A stretch of DNA of 64,000 bases from Mobula hypostoma (lineage: Eukaryota), in the NCBI RefSeq assembly GCF_963921235.1, contig NC_086108.1, forward strand, positions 15,252,001 through 15,316,000. The letters are read 5' to 3'. Below the pieces are notes generated by a model that was not told the DNA's origin, did not search any database, and was given only the letters and a program-made list of their open reading frames with translations. This document shows positions 1 to 12,236 of the stretch, piece after piece. The translations under genes and the position numbers were made by a program. How positions within the stretch are numbered: position 1 is the stretch's first letter; each line of letters starts with the position of its first letter.

Positions 1-417
1 TTGAGGCTTGGTCAGTACTTAGTTGGAGGATGAAGTGAACAAGGAGTGGGTTTCATGGAAAAGTTGAGAAGAAGAAGCAAGACTGGTGCTAGGAAAGTCT
101 TGAGGCAGAAACATGATTCCATAACCTTGTTGAGGAAGAGGAAAGTGGCAGATGCAGCTTCTATGAGTGCTCTTGGGTTCCCCAGTCCCTTGACACAGTC
201 TGTCCATCAGCTCTTTCCTTTTATTGTTTGGTCATTTGGAAAACTATGGGACTTGGTGACCAACAGCATGAAAATCCTGCAAATAGTGCAGAGATACTCA
301 CTGGGTGGAATATGCCATGATATGCCTCATTTGTGCTTGCTTAAAAGGAGCCATTCTTCTTTAGTAACCACTACACTGCTTCTTCCCTGCAGGAGTGTGT
401 GAGCTGTACTGGGAGCC

Positions 418-1286
418 ATGGAAAAGGAGGGCAGCATCCAGCTGGAGGTCCCAGATTTCAGCAGCTCCGTGCTGGCACAGCTCAATCAGTTGCGGATGCA
501 GGGTCGCCTCTGTGACATCGTAGTTGACATCCAGGGGAAGTCCTTCCGTGCCCACAAGGCCGTGCTGGCTGCTAGTTCGCCCTACTTCCGTGATCACATG
601 TCCCTGGGTGAGATGAGTGCTGTTTCCATCTCGGTTATCAAAAGCCCGGCAGTGTTTGAGCGCCTGCTGGCATTCTGCTACACAGGCAAATTATGCCTGC
701 AGGTGGCCGACATTATAAGCTACCTAACAGCAGCTAGCTTCCTCCAGATGCAGTACATCATCGACAAGTGCACGCAGATCCTGGACGGCATCCACTTCCG
801 CATTGACATCTCCGAGGTGGAGGCAGGGCTGAGCCAGGATGGATCAAAACGCTTGGGCCAGCCTCGTGGTGGGGGCAGTGTTCTCCCCCCAAACCCACGG
901 CGAAGGCGGATACCCTCAAACTACGCAGGGGGTGCAACGCATGGGAGCCCATTGCCTGATGACTTGGGTGGTGAGGGTGGCAATGACGAGAGGCTGGTGC
1001 GCATTGATCGAGTGGGCCAATGGTATGTGGAGACTGGTGTCAGCAGAGATCGCAGCCCAGAAACAATCAGGCAGATCAGCAGCATGCGGATCAAGACCGA
1101 GACTCCAGATGAGTGGATTGTGTCGGAAAACCAGCCATCTGGGGAGGATGGCAGTAGTGCAGAGGAGGTGACAGCCATGGTGATTGACAGCACTGGACAC
1201 AGCACTCTGGTCCAGGATACCTTTCACACCACGGCATCGAGCGGCAAGACCTCCAGACCCTCCAGCAGCTTCAGTGAGATGGACAG
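418..1286 (+). CDS. ZBTB37: ZBTB37 coding exon 1 (BTB/POZ domain and linker)
   Basis: Acceptor tcttccctgcag ends at 392; Kozak gccATGg at 418. MEKEGSIQLEVPDFSSSVLAQLNQLRMQGRLCDIVV...ENQPSGEDGSSAEEVTAMVID closely matches ZBTB37 as recalled. Donor AG|gtatgg after 1286 (phase 2). Confidence 0.95.
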
Positions 1287-1519
1287 GTATGGAAGGCAGG
1301 TCACTCCATGGCCGTTGTATACAGCTTTACTCTGCTAATATTCGGGCAGAGGGTGGGGTCCCAAAGGCAGCAAAGTATGTACTGTGGGTGGGATCGTGCA
1401 GGATGGACGTGCCTGGTGTGGTCAAAGTAGCAATGTGTAGGATGGGGCTTTGAGTTCATAATGTACACAGTTTACAACATGTATGCAATATTTGACACCA
1501 TGGAAGATGAAGGAGTGGT

Positions 1520-4290
1520 CCAAATAGTGTCAGAGAGAAGTACATCACAGAAACGGGCCCTTTGGCCCATTTAATCCATGCCAAAACCATTTAAATTGCC
1601 TACTCCCGTCGATCTGCACTGGGACCATAGCCCTCCATATCCCTACTATCCATCTACTTCTCTTAAACATTGAAATTGAGTTTGCATGGACCACTTGTGC
1701 TGGCAGCTCATTCTAAGCCATAACTATAGATTGTAGTCCCACTCAACATCTGTGGAAAAAGCCTGCTTGCATTGACCCTATCTATATCCCTTATAATTTT
1801 GTATACCTCTATTAAACCTTCTCTCAATTTTCTACATTCTAAGGAATACAGTCCTAACCTACTCAATCTTTCCTTATAATTTGGGTCCTCTAGACCTGGC
1901 AACATCGTTCTAAATTTTCTCTGTACTCTTTCCACCTTATTTACATCTTTCCTGTAGGTAGGAGGCCAAAACTGTACACAATACTCCAAATTAGGCCTCA
2001 CCAATGTCTTATACAACTTTTAACATAATACCTCATCTTCTGCACTAGGTATTTTGATTTATGAAGGCCAATGCCAAAGCTTTCTTTACAACCCTAACTA
2101 CGTACCTGTATTCCCAGATTCCTTTGTTCTACCACACTCTTCAGTGCCCTACCATTCACTGTGTAAGACCTACCCTGGTTGGTCTTACCAAAGTGCAAAA
2201 TATCACACTTCTCTGCATGAAATTTCATCTGCCATTTTTCCAGCTGATGCTGATCCCTCTGCGAACCGTGATAGTCTTCCTCACTGGCCACTACACTCCA
2301 AATCTTGAAAGTCGTCCACAGATTTGCTGATCCAGTTAACCACATTATCATCTAGAGCATTGATATAGATGACTAAACAACAAAGGACCCAGCACTGATC
2401 CCTGCGGCACACCACTAGTCACAGGCTTCCAGTCAGAGAGGTAATCGTCTACTATCACTCTCTGGCTTCTCCCACAAAGCCAATGTCTAATCCAATTTAT
2501 TACCTCATCCTGAATGCCAAGTGACTGAATCTTCTTGACCAGCCTCCCATGCGGGACCTGGTCAAACACCTTACTAAGGTCCATGTTGACAACATCACTG
2601 CTTTGCCTTCATCCACTTTCCAGTAACATCCTCAAAAAACTCTATGAGATTGGTTAGATATGACCTACCATGAATGAAGCCATATATGCTGACTATTCAT
2701 AATTACTCCATGTCTATCCAAATAACTTAAATATCCAATCCCTTAGAATACCTTCCAATAACTTCCCCACAACAGATGTCGGACTCACCGGCTTATAATT
2801 TCCTTATTTCTGTTTAGAGTCTCTATTAAACAGCATAACAACATTGGCAATCCTCCAATCCTCTGTTACCTCTCCTTTTGCTAAGGATGTTTTAAATATC
2901 TCTGCTAGGGCCCCAGCAATTTCTTCACTTGACTCCCGTAGGGTACAAGGGAACACCTTGTCAGGCCCTGGGGATTTAGCTACTGTGATTTGCCTCAGGG
3001 TAGCAAACACTTCCTCCTTTGTAATCTGTACAGGGTCTGTGAAATTGATGCCACTTTGCCTCACTTCTATAAACTCTGTATCCATCTTCTGAGAAAATAC
3101 AGATGCAAAGGATGCATTTAAGGTTTCCCCCATCTGTATTAGCTTCACACATGGATTACAATCCTGGTCTTCCAGAGGACCAATTTTGTCCTTTGCAATC
3201 CTTTTGCTCTTAACATATCTGTAGAATCCCTTTGGATTCTCCGTCATCTTGTCTGCTAGAGCAACTTCATACCATCTTTTTACCTCCCTGATTTCTTTCT
3301 TAAGTGTTCTTTTGCATTTCTTGTACTCCATAAGCATCTCATTTGTTCCTACTTGCCTATACCTGCTATGCACCTCCTTTTTTCTCTTAACCAGAGCCTC
3401 AATATCTCTGGAAAACCCAGGTTCCCCACACTTGTTATCTTTATCTTCTATTCTGATAGGCACATACAAGCTTTGTACTCTCAAAATTTCACTTTTGAAG
3501 GCTTCCCACTTTCCAGTACACCTTTGCCAGAAAACACCCTGTCCCAATCCACACTTGCTAGAACATTTCTGATACCATCAAGATTGGCTTTTCTCCAATT
3601 TAGAATCTCAACCCGTGGACCAGACCTATCTTTTTGCTTATTTACTTTGAAACTAAATGGCATTGTGTTCACTGAGTGCAAAGTGTTCCCCTACACAAAT
3701 TTCTGTCACCTTCTCTGTCTCATTCCTTATAAGAACCTTATGCTTCTTGCAATGGTCTGCGATCTCTTTACAAATTTGTTCCTCCAAATTCCCTAGGACT
3801 GTTGTCTGTAGTATAGTGCCTGTGGTCTGTAATATAGCCCCATTAACGTTATCATACCTTTCTTATTTCTCAGTTTCACCCATAACACGTCACTAGTTGT
3901 GTTCTCCGGTCTGTCCTGATGGAGCACTATCATGATGTTTTCCCTGACTAGTAACGCCAACCCTCCTCTTTTAAACCCTCCCGCTCTATCAAGTTTATAA
4001 CAACAGAACCCCAGGATATTCAGCTGCCAGTCCTGCCCTTCCTGAAACCAAGTCTCACTAACGGCTGCAAAGTCATAATTCCAGGTGTTGATCCGTGCCC
4101 TGAATTCATCTGCCTTTCCTTCGATACTTCTTGCATTGAAGTGTATGCAGCTCAGGACACTAGTCGCACCATGCTCAGACTTTCTGATTCTTGACTTTTT
4201 CTGAGGTCTTACCAACACCTGCCTCCACAATCTCTCCACTATCTGTTCTGGCACTTTGGTTCCCATCCCCCGGCAACTCTAGTTTAAACC
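1520..4290 (-). mobile_element. CR1-clade LINE, degenerate ORF2 (APE endonuclease plus RT) with 3' tail
   Basis: Broken minus-strand ORFs contain FNARSI...SETW (endonuclease), KSPGPD, DLSKVFDQVPH, SGVPQGSVLGP and YKTLVRPNLEYCVQFW. Confidence 0.9.
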
Positions 4291-5074
4291 CCATTGTTAG
4301 AGAGACACCTGGTTCTGATTCTGAAGTATGGCCCATGGTCATTACAGAAATGTGACTGGGAGTTGAATTTTCAGAGTCTTCCCATTTAGGAGTTTCAGGC
4401 AGTATTGTCAAGCAGACGTGTAGTGCTATTAACATGGGATGAAATCAGTGCTGTGGTGAGAATCAATTTTAGCCTGACAGATCATGATGTAGAATTAGAC
4501 TTTGGTGCAGCTCAGAAAAAGCTGTAGGGAGAATTGAGGAAGAAAGGGATCTCTGTGTACATCTCCAAAGATCCCTGAAGAAGTTAGCATTGATAGATAT
4601 GATCATGAAGGCAGCTAAGTGGAAGGCATAGAACTCTTGTGCATGGACTTTATAAAACATTAGTTAGGCCACAGTTGGAAAATTGTGTACCGTTCTGGCC
4701 ACCACACTATAGGAAGAATGTGATTACACTGAATAGGGTGCAGAGATATTACTTGAGATTCAGTGTTCCAGCTATGAGGAAGCAGGATTGACCGGGCTTG
4801 TTTTCCTTGGAGCAGAGCAGGCTGAGGGGATACTGCATAGTGGTATCCAAAGCTAATGTAAGAATCATCACCTTGTCACGGTGGAGAGGCTTGTGAGTTC
4901 TGAGGTGGCGAGAGCAGTGATGTCTGGAGATTAGCCATCTGGCGCTTAGCTCCTGGAAGGGTCGCTCATGACAGTAAGGTCAAGGAGGCAGTTTAGACAA
5001 AGAGAAATGCAACCAAAACCTTAACAATGGCGCGGGTGAACAATCATGACTGTTCAAGATTGTCAGGGGGCAGA

Positions 5075-6650
5075 AATGAGTGCAGTTGTTTGAGAGAAAG
5101 TGTTTGAGAAGCTGAAAGTTCTGAAAGTAGATAAGTCAACTGGAACAGATAGCCTACAACCCAGGGTTCTGAAAGAGGTAGCTGAAGATATTGTGGAGGC
5201 ATTAGTAATGATCTTAAGTGAATCACTAGATTCTGGTAATGATTTCAGAGGACTGGAAAATTGCAGATATCATTCCACTTTTTAAGAAGGGAGGGAGGCA
5301 GAAGAAAGGAAATTATAGGCCAGTTAGCCTGACCTCAGCGTTTTGGAAGATGCTGGAGTTGCTTGTTAAGGATGATAAAATAGGCCAAAGTCATCATGGT
5401 TTCTTAAGGGAAAATCTTGCCTGACAATTCTTTTGGAATTCTTTGAGAAAATAATAAGTAGGATAGACAAAGGAGAGTCAGTGGATGTTATGTATTTGGA
5501 TTTTCAGAAGGCTTTTGACAAGGGACTGCATATGAGGCTGCTTAACAAGATAAAAGCCCATGGTATTACAGAAAAGATACTAGCATAGATAGTGTATTCA
5601 CTGATTGGCAGGAGGCAAAGAATGGGAAAAAAGGAACCCTTTTCTGATTGACTGCCAGTGACTAGTGGTGGTGTTGGGACCGTTTCTTTTTTACGTTATA
5701 TGTAATGATTTGCATGATGGAATTGATGGCTTTGTGACCAAGTTTACAGATGATACAAAGGTAGGTGGAGGGGCAGGTAGGGTTGAGGACCAGGGAGTCT
5801 GCTGAAGGACTTAAGACTTAGGTAAGAGAACAGAAAGAAGTGACGAGTGTCTGGAAGTGTATGATCATGCACTTTGGTAGAAAGAAAAAAAAGCCCAGAA
5901 TATTTTCTAAATAGGGAGAAAATTCTAAAATCGAAGGTGCAAGCGACTTGAGAGTCTTCGTGCAGGATTTCCTGAAGATTAACTGCAGGTTGAGTCTGTG
6001 GTAAGGAAGGCAAATGCAATGTGAGCATTCATTTCGAGAGGACTAGAATATAAAAGCAAGATGTAATGTTGAAGCTTTATAAGTCAGTGCTGGGGTCTCA
6101 CTTGGATTATTGTGAGCAGTTTTGGGCCCCTTATCTAAAAAAAGATTTGCTGACATGGAGAGGGTTCAGAGGAGGTTCACAAGAATGATTCTGAGAATGA
6201 ATGGGTTATTGTATAAGGAGTATTTGATGATTTTGGGCCTGTACTTACAGGACTTTAGAAGAATGAGGGATCTCATTGAAACTTCCTCGAATGTTGAAAG
6301 GCCTAGAAAGAGTGGATATGGAGGGGATGTTTCTTATGGTGGGGGAATCTTGGATCAGAGGGCACAGCCTTAGAATAGAGGGACATCCATTTAGAATGGG
6401 GATGAGGAATTTCTTTAGCCAGAGGGAGCTGAATCTATGGAATTTGTTGCCACAGGGAGCTGTGGAGGCCAATTTATTGGGTATATTTAAGGCAGAGGCT
6501 GATAGTTTCTTGATTAGTCAGGGTGTGAAAGGTTATGGGGAGAAGGTGGGAGAATGGGATTGAGAGGGAAGCTGTATCAGCCATGATGAAGTGACAGAGA
6601 AGACTCGGTGGGCTGAGTGGCCTATTTTTTTGCTTTTCTATCTTATGGTG
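5075..6650 (+). mobile_element. CR1-clade LINE 3' fragment
   Basis: PLFKKGGRQKKGNYRPVSLTS, DFQKAFD, ERVQRRFTRMI and a CR1-type 3' UTR. Confidence 0.9.
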
Positions 6651-7424
6651 TTAACACAAAGAATATATGGATTCCAGGCCTACATCCACTTGAAGACCCA
6701 CCAGCTGACAACCCCTTAGGAGAACATTATACCTGATTGGAGTGATTGCACTACTTCTACTACAAATTTATGGAAGGATTGTTGTCTTTTAAGGGAATGT
6801 TTTTTACTACTTAACCTATTTACTAGTAAGAAACCTTATGGCAGTGGTATCTAAGACTACAGGGCTTGTTTAAGATGAGAAGTAAGCTGTTTAGAGGGGC
6901 TATAAGGAAGAATTTTTTTCACACAGAGGGTAGTTATATTGAATGTGGTGATAGGCACTGTAACAGTATTTTGCAAGCATCTGTACTAGAGTTGAATCAC
7001 TGAGGTATAGTAGGCTGTGGACCAAGTACTGACAAATGGGATTCGTATAGTTGGGTCAGTGGCTGGTATTGATCATATGCGCTGAAGAACCTGTTTTCAT
7101 GCTGTATGACTCAATGACATTGGTGAAGGTTACTAAGAGACCACCAATTAATGCTTATAATATTATGCATGACATAAATGAGGAAATTTGAGTGCATATT
7201 ACATAGTGATACTATAATTATAGATGTTAATCTGGATAAGTTAAATAAAGTGGGAAAGAAATCTTGAAACATATGCAAGATGGTGTTCTAGATCAGTGTA
7301 TTGTGGAACGTCAAGCGATCTCATAGTGTGCATTGGCAAAGAACTTGTTTGTTAGTAATTATGTTGTTAAAGAGCCTTTAGAATAGAGTGATCATAAATA
7401 CTTCATATTTAAAATTATAATTCG

Positions 7425-7815
7425 TCATCGTTAGGTCGCATTTAGAATTGCCAGTTGGTGTACGATTTCCCTCCATGCCGCTCTGTCCCAACACTTGTCC
7501 ACAACATCCCTAGTCTTGTCCAGCTTGGTTCAATCCTTGATGTTGTCCAGCCACATTGTTCTTTGCCTTCCTCTTCCTTTCTTTCCCTCCACCTTGCCAT
7601 ATAGCAAGTCTGACAAGATGTTATCTCTCCGCATAACGTGTCCACAATAAACAACTTTTAACTTAATAATCTTCTTCAGCAATCTGTGGTCTATCAACTT
7701 CAGACAAAACCCTCTCATTTGAAACTTTCTCTGCCCAGCTGATCTTCAACATTCGTCGATAGCACCACATTTCTCTTATTCTCTCCATCCCTCCTTCTCC
7801 GTAACTTAAAAGGGA
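7425..7815 (-). mobile_element. RTE-clade LINE 3' fragment
   Basis: Minus-strand YCGHVMRR...GKVEGKKGRGRQRTMWLDNIKD is typical of the RTE ORF C-terminus. Confidence 0.75.
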
Positions 7816-7825
7816 TTTGATTTGT

Positions 7826-8122
7826 GGGGCAGCATGGTAGCGTAATAGTTAGTATGACGCTATTACAGCTTGGGTTGTTGGAATTAAATTCTGGCATTCT
7901 CTGTAAGAAAGTTTATGCGTCCTTCCCATGAAGTGGGTGGACTTCCTTTGGGTGCTCTGGTTTCCTCCCGCAGTCCAAATACGTACCAGATAGTCGATGA
8001 ATTGGTTATTGTAAATTGGCCTGTGGTTAGGCTAGGATTTAATCAGTGGGTTGTTGGTTGGCACTGTACTGTACTGTACCTATTCCGCACTGTACCTCTG
8101 AATGAATAAATAAATAAATAAA
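7826..8122 (+). mobile_element. tRNA-derived SINE (related copy at ~32945-33183)
   Basis: tRNA-like head gggcagcatggtagcgtaatagttag, core gggtgctctggtttcctccc, (AATA)n tail. Confidence 0.7.
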
Positions 8123-10904
8123 CATCTAACTTTGCCCCATTCTGATGAACCATCATTAACGTGAAACTTTAGTTTTGTATTTCTTTCTATGGATGATTCA
8201 ATGGTTCAATTTAATATCAGAAGATGTATACAGTATACAACCTGAAATTCTTTCTCTTCACAGACATCCACAAAACAGAGAAAACCCTCAAAGAATGAAT
8301 GATAGAAAACGCTAGAACCCCAAAGCACTCCCTCCTCCAGCAAAAGCATCATTCCCCACCCCACCCACCAAGCAAACAATAGCAAAGCCCCTTAGAGACC
8401 ATAACCTAAAGTCCATCAAAAAGAATCACTGTTCATCCCAACTCTTCAAAGTTCAAGGTAAAATTATTATCAGAGTACATACATGTCTCCGCATCCAACC
8501 CTGAGATTCTTTTTCTGCAGGCATACTTAGCAAATCTATAGAGTAGTAACTGCAAACATCAGGAACTGTTAACTGTAAACAAACTGTGCAAATACAGATA
8601 TAAATAAATAGCAATAAATAACAAAGATGAAATAACAATGTTACAGAATCCTTAAATTAGTGTAGCTGTCCCCTTTGGTTCAAGAGCCTGATGGTTGAGG
8701 GGTAGTAGCTGTTCTTGAACCTGGTGATATGAGTTCTGGGGCACCTTTACCTTCTACCTGATGGCAACAGCGAGAAAAGAGCATAGCAAGGATGGTGAGG
8801 ATCTTTGATGATTTGATGCTCCTTTTCTAAGGCAACATTTCAGGCTCAACTGTTGGGAGGGGTTTACCTGTGATGTACTGGGACGAATCCACTACCTTTT
8901 GTGGGATTTTCCACCCAAAGGCATTGGTGTTCCCATACCAGGCTGTAATACAGCCAGTCAGCACACATTCCACCACCCGTCTATAGAAGCTTGCCAAGGT
9001 TTACTGATGACATGATGAACCTCCACAGACTCCTGAGGTAGCACCTCGACATCTCAACAGGCTCTCTCTCTCACTAAGATATCACTCCTGCCACAGCGAG
9101 AGGGGAGACCAACAGCTCACTGTTTCAATGTTACAGTCTGCAGTGTTGCTTATTTAAACAGCAGTGTACACTGCTATCTTGATGTTTTAATCTCCTGCGA
9201 TGCTTCAGTTGGCAACACCTGTGTGGAATCAGGTCATCCTCAGGGCTGCAGGGCCACACCCCAAAGGCGCACATCTTTAGCCTGCCTAGAGATATTGAAA
9301 ACGTTCGGCTGCTTGGTGAGCTCCAAGAGCAGGAACCGTGAAGAACTGCGGTTTGAATGCATCTGTAGATCTGAACTCCAATGGGTTCCCAGCCACCTTG
9401 AAAAGGAAAGAAAAGACATTAAATAGGAGAAATTAAACTGTTTTGTGGATGAACTGGAAGAAGTCTCCCTCTGGCGCCATCTGTAGCTCTTCGCCTGGCC
9501 TTCATTTTCCACCTTTTATACCTTGACTTCAGAGACTTCTAGCATTCATTGTTAGGGGAAAACACTTGCATTCCTTTTTTCTCTGTCAGTGGATGAGATC
9601 ACACTTTTGTCATTGTTTTCTCATTTACTTAAGCCTTCTTGCATCTTGCCTGCAGTCCACATTGCTACCCAGTTTTCTTTCATTAGTGTCGTACGATCTC
9701 CTCATTCATGCCATTTTACATTATGAATAACTGGGTCCCACCTCTGGTCCCTGCAGCACTTTACTCGTTACAGTCTCAAGGGTTGATTATTCCTACCCTA
9801 CATTTTCAGTCCCACACCTTGTTTGATAACTTCTTGTGTGGCACCTTATGAAAAGTCTTTTGGAAGGCTTAATATACCACTTCGAGAAAAACTGAGTGTA
9901 AAAAAATATTAGTATTTTGAGGAACATCAAGAAGAATGGGGGAAACCAGGAGGACCATATAGAAATTGTTATAACATTGAAACAGATGACGGATTCGGCA
10001 GCAGAGTGGATGATGTTGTGACTAACAGAGCTGAATTGCCAGAGAAAACCTGAAGCTGGTAATATAAAAGTCTTTATTCAATATAGATCTTCTGGATGTA
10101 ATCTAGTTCTCTCCTGACACAGTGTTTTCTATTTTTTGAACATAAAGATGATAATAATTTTAATGACTGTTTAAATGGCTACAATTATCTACTTTAAAAC
10201 TTTGAATGTAGACAGGTAACTTCACAGAATTGAACTTGAATTGAATTTTAAATTGAATTTTATTTAAATCTTACATCCATCCCACAACATGAGGGAGTAA
10301 AAATCTTTATGTTATGACTTGGTTGCAATGTACAGACATGTGCATTTATAAGTCTGTTGGCTTGTAGAAAGAAGCTGTCCTGTAGCCTTTTGGTCCTGGC
10401 TTTTATGCTGCTATACCATTTGCTAGACGGAAGCAGCTGAAACAGTTTATGGTTGGGGTGACTGGTTCTCCGATAATCTTTCAGGCCTTATTTATGTACC
10501 TGCTACTGTAAATGTCCTCAGTGGAGAGAAGTTCATGTCCACAGATGCAATGGGCTGTCCGTACCACTCTCTGCAGTGCCCAGCGATTAAGGTTGGTGCA
10601 ATTTCCATACCAGGCAGTGATACAGCCAGTCAGGATGTTCTCAATGGTGCCCCTGTAGAAGGGTTTGACGATTTGGGGACTCATTCCAAACTTCTTCAGT
10701 CGCCTGAGGTGGAAGAGTTGTTGTGCTTTTTTGCCACACAGCCAGTGTTTACAGTCCAGATGAGATCTTCAGTGATGTGTATACCGAGGAACTTAAAACT
10801 ACTCATCCTCTCAACTGCAGACCCATAGATGTTGATTGGAGCGAGCCTGTCTCCGTTCCTCCCATAATCCACAATCAGCTCTTTTGTTTTTTGGACATTG
10901 AGGG

Positions 10905-11127
10905 TGTACTGTATGGCCTACAGTATAATAAGGGACTACTTTATGTTGTAGGGACATGTCGTTGCATGGGGTATTAGGCACGTATTGAGCATGCGCTATT
11001 AGGCACATATTGATCTGTACGTGTGTGCGGAGTTCGGTTTCTGCCAGTAAAGAACCATGAACCTTAGCTCCTGTCTCCAGCATTTTTATTAATAGCGTTG
11101 TTGTGTAACCAGGCCACATACACAACA
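10905..11127 (+). repeat. 5' LTR
   Basis: tgtactgtatggcc...cacaaca; about 20 mismatches in 223 bp versus the 3' LTR by manual count, no indels, many at CpG sites. Confidence 0.93.
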
Positions 11128-11130
11128 AAT

Positions 11131-11148
11131 TGGCAACAAGGATGGGAT
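11131..11148 (+). promoter_or_regulatory. Primer binding site (tRNA-Ser(GCT)-like)
   Basis: TGGCAACAAGGATGGGAT, 3 nt after the 5' LTR. It equals TGGCGACGAGGATGGGAT (complement of the tRNA-Ser(GCT) 3' end as recalled) with two CpG-type G>A changes. Confidence 0.8.
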
Positions 11149-11377
11149 CATTGAGTTCTCCTAAGCAAATTGTACATTCTTTCAGATCATACCTGAAGAA
11201 CAGACATCCTGCACTATTTTTACAGTCCCCGAGGACCTGAACCACAGCCCGAAAGAGCCCTCGGGATCTCACATCAGAATTACTGTTCAAACTCTTTGCA
11301 AGTTGATCAGCGTAGAATGCAACCTTGTTCTCCAATTTATCATGCATTTCTTTAACTCCCAAAATGATGTGTTCCAT
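11143..11377 (-). pseudogene. RNF213: Captured RNF213 fragment (region leading into the RING domain)
   Basis: [78 protein letters not shown] aligns with recalled human RNF213 VEHVLLG...LDKCLRENSDVKTHGPFEAVMRTLCECKETA...RFGIQPCSICLGDAKDP. Confidence 0.85.
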
Positions 11378-11380
11378 CGG

Positions 11381-11765
11381 TCTTCTCCTGAGCATCTTCC
11401 CAGCACTCCTGCTAAACCACCAGCACAAAGATATGAAGCACGAATAGAAGATGGAAAGTTATATTATGAAAAGAGATGGCATAAAGGTCAGGCTATCTAT
11501 TTGGAATCTAAGGAGAATATGAAGATTGGCTGTGTAATTAGCTCAGTTGGAACAAATGAGATATGGGTAAGGAAGACAAGTGATAGCACAAAGATGTGTA
11601 TATATCTAGGACAGCTGCACAGAGGAGTCTTCATCATACGGGGGTGATCTGCTGCCTAGAACTCTTAGCAAGTTGGAGACACACATCTTCTTAACTCCCT
11701 ATGCTCAGAGGTCAACTTTTCATGACTTTTATATGGAAATCTGTATTAAAACAAACAAGTTTATT
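11381..11765 (+). pseudogene. SUDS3: Captured processed SUDS3 fragment (C-terminal CDS plus probable 3' UTR)
   Basis: [45 protein letters not shown]...[36 protein letters not shown] matches the SUDS3 C-terminus (...LFVIRRRSAA*). One codon is deleted, a premature TGA lies at 11645, the native TAG is at 11657-11659, and ATTAAA is near 11745. Confidence 0.9.
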
Positions 11766-12013
11766 GACAGTCGTTACCCGGAGAGGCAGAGAAGACCTCC
11801 CCAGAGATGAGTTATAAATGGGTCTTAGACCAAAAGTAAAAAAAAAAGGCTTGTTATAATTTGGTATTATTATGTTACTTTGTTAAGTTTTGATATTAAG
11901 TTACTAAGTAAACAAATGGTAGGCATTTGTATGTTAAGGGTAGACATATTTGTTTAGCATAGTGACCCAGTAAAAAAAACAGTTGATACACTATTAAAAT
12001 AAAAGGGGAGGGG

Positions 12014-12236
12014 TGTACTGTATGGCCTACAGTATAATAAGGGACTACTTTATGTTGTAGGGATACATCGTTGCATGCACTCTTAGGCACGTATTGAGCA
12101 TGCGCTATTAGGTGTGTATTGATCTGTACATATGTGCCGAGTTCGGTTTCTGCCAGTAAAGAACCATGAACCTTAACTCCTGTCTCCAGCGTTTTTATTA
12201 ATAGCATTGTTGTGTAACCAAGCCACGTACTCAACA
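12014..12236 (+). repeat. 3' LTR
   Basis: tgtactgtatggcc...ctcaaca, directly after the polypurine tract and followed by the TSD gaggg. Confidence 0.93.

Larger units (their letters stand above)
10905..12236 (+). mobile_element. Non-autonomous Gypsy-type LTR retroelement carrying host gene fragments
   Basis: Two 223-bp TG...CA direct repeats; GAGGG TSD at 10900-10904 and 12237-12241; PBS at 11131; PPT aaaaggggagggg ending at 12013; residual pol C-terminus RYPERQRRPPQR at 11772-11807. Confidence 0.93.

Noticed and set aside
418..1338. 306-aa ORF as a complete single-exon gene
   Set aside because: Homology ends at a good splice donor (1287); the rest is intron read-through, and in-frame downstream exons exist.
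4862..5050. RTE-like 5' UTR fragment with a possible HDV-like ribozyme
   Set aside because: Too degenerate to build the nested pseudoknot by eye.
10811..11428. 205-aa minus-strand ORF as a novel RING protein gene
   Set aside because: It concatenates antisense SUDS3, an RNF213 fragment, reversed LTR and Rex1 sequence; the RING is cut after its first two cysteines.
11303..11647. Functional SUDS3 gene or exon
   Set aside because: 5'-truncated, codon deletion, premature stop, and embedded in an LTR element.
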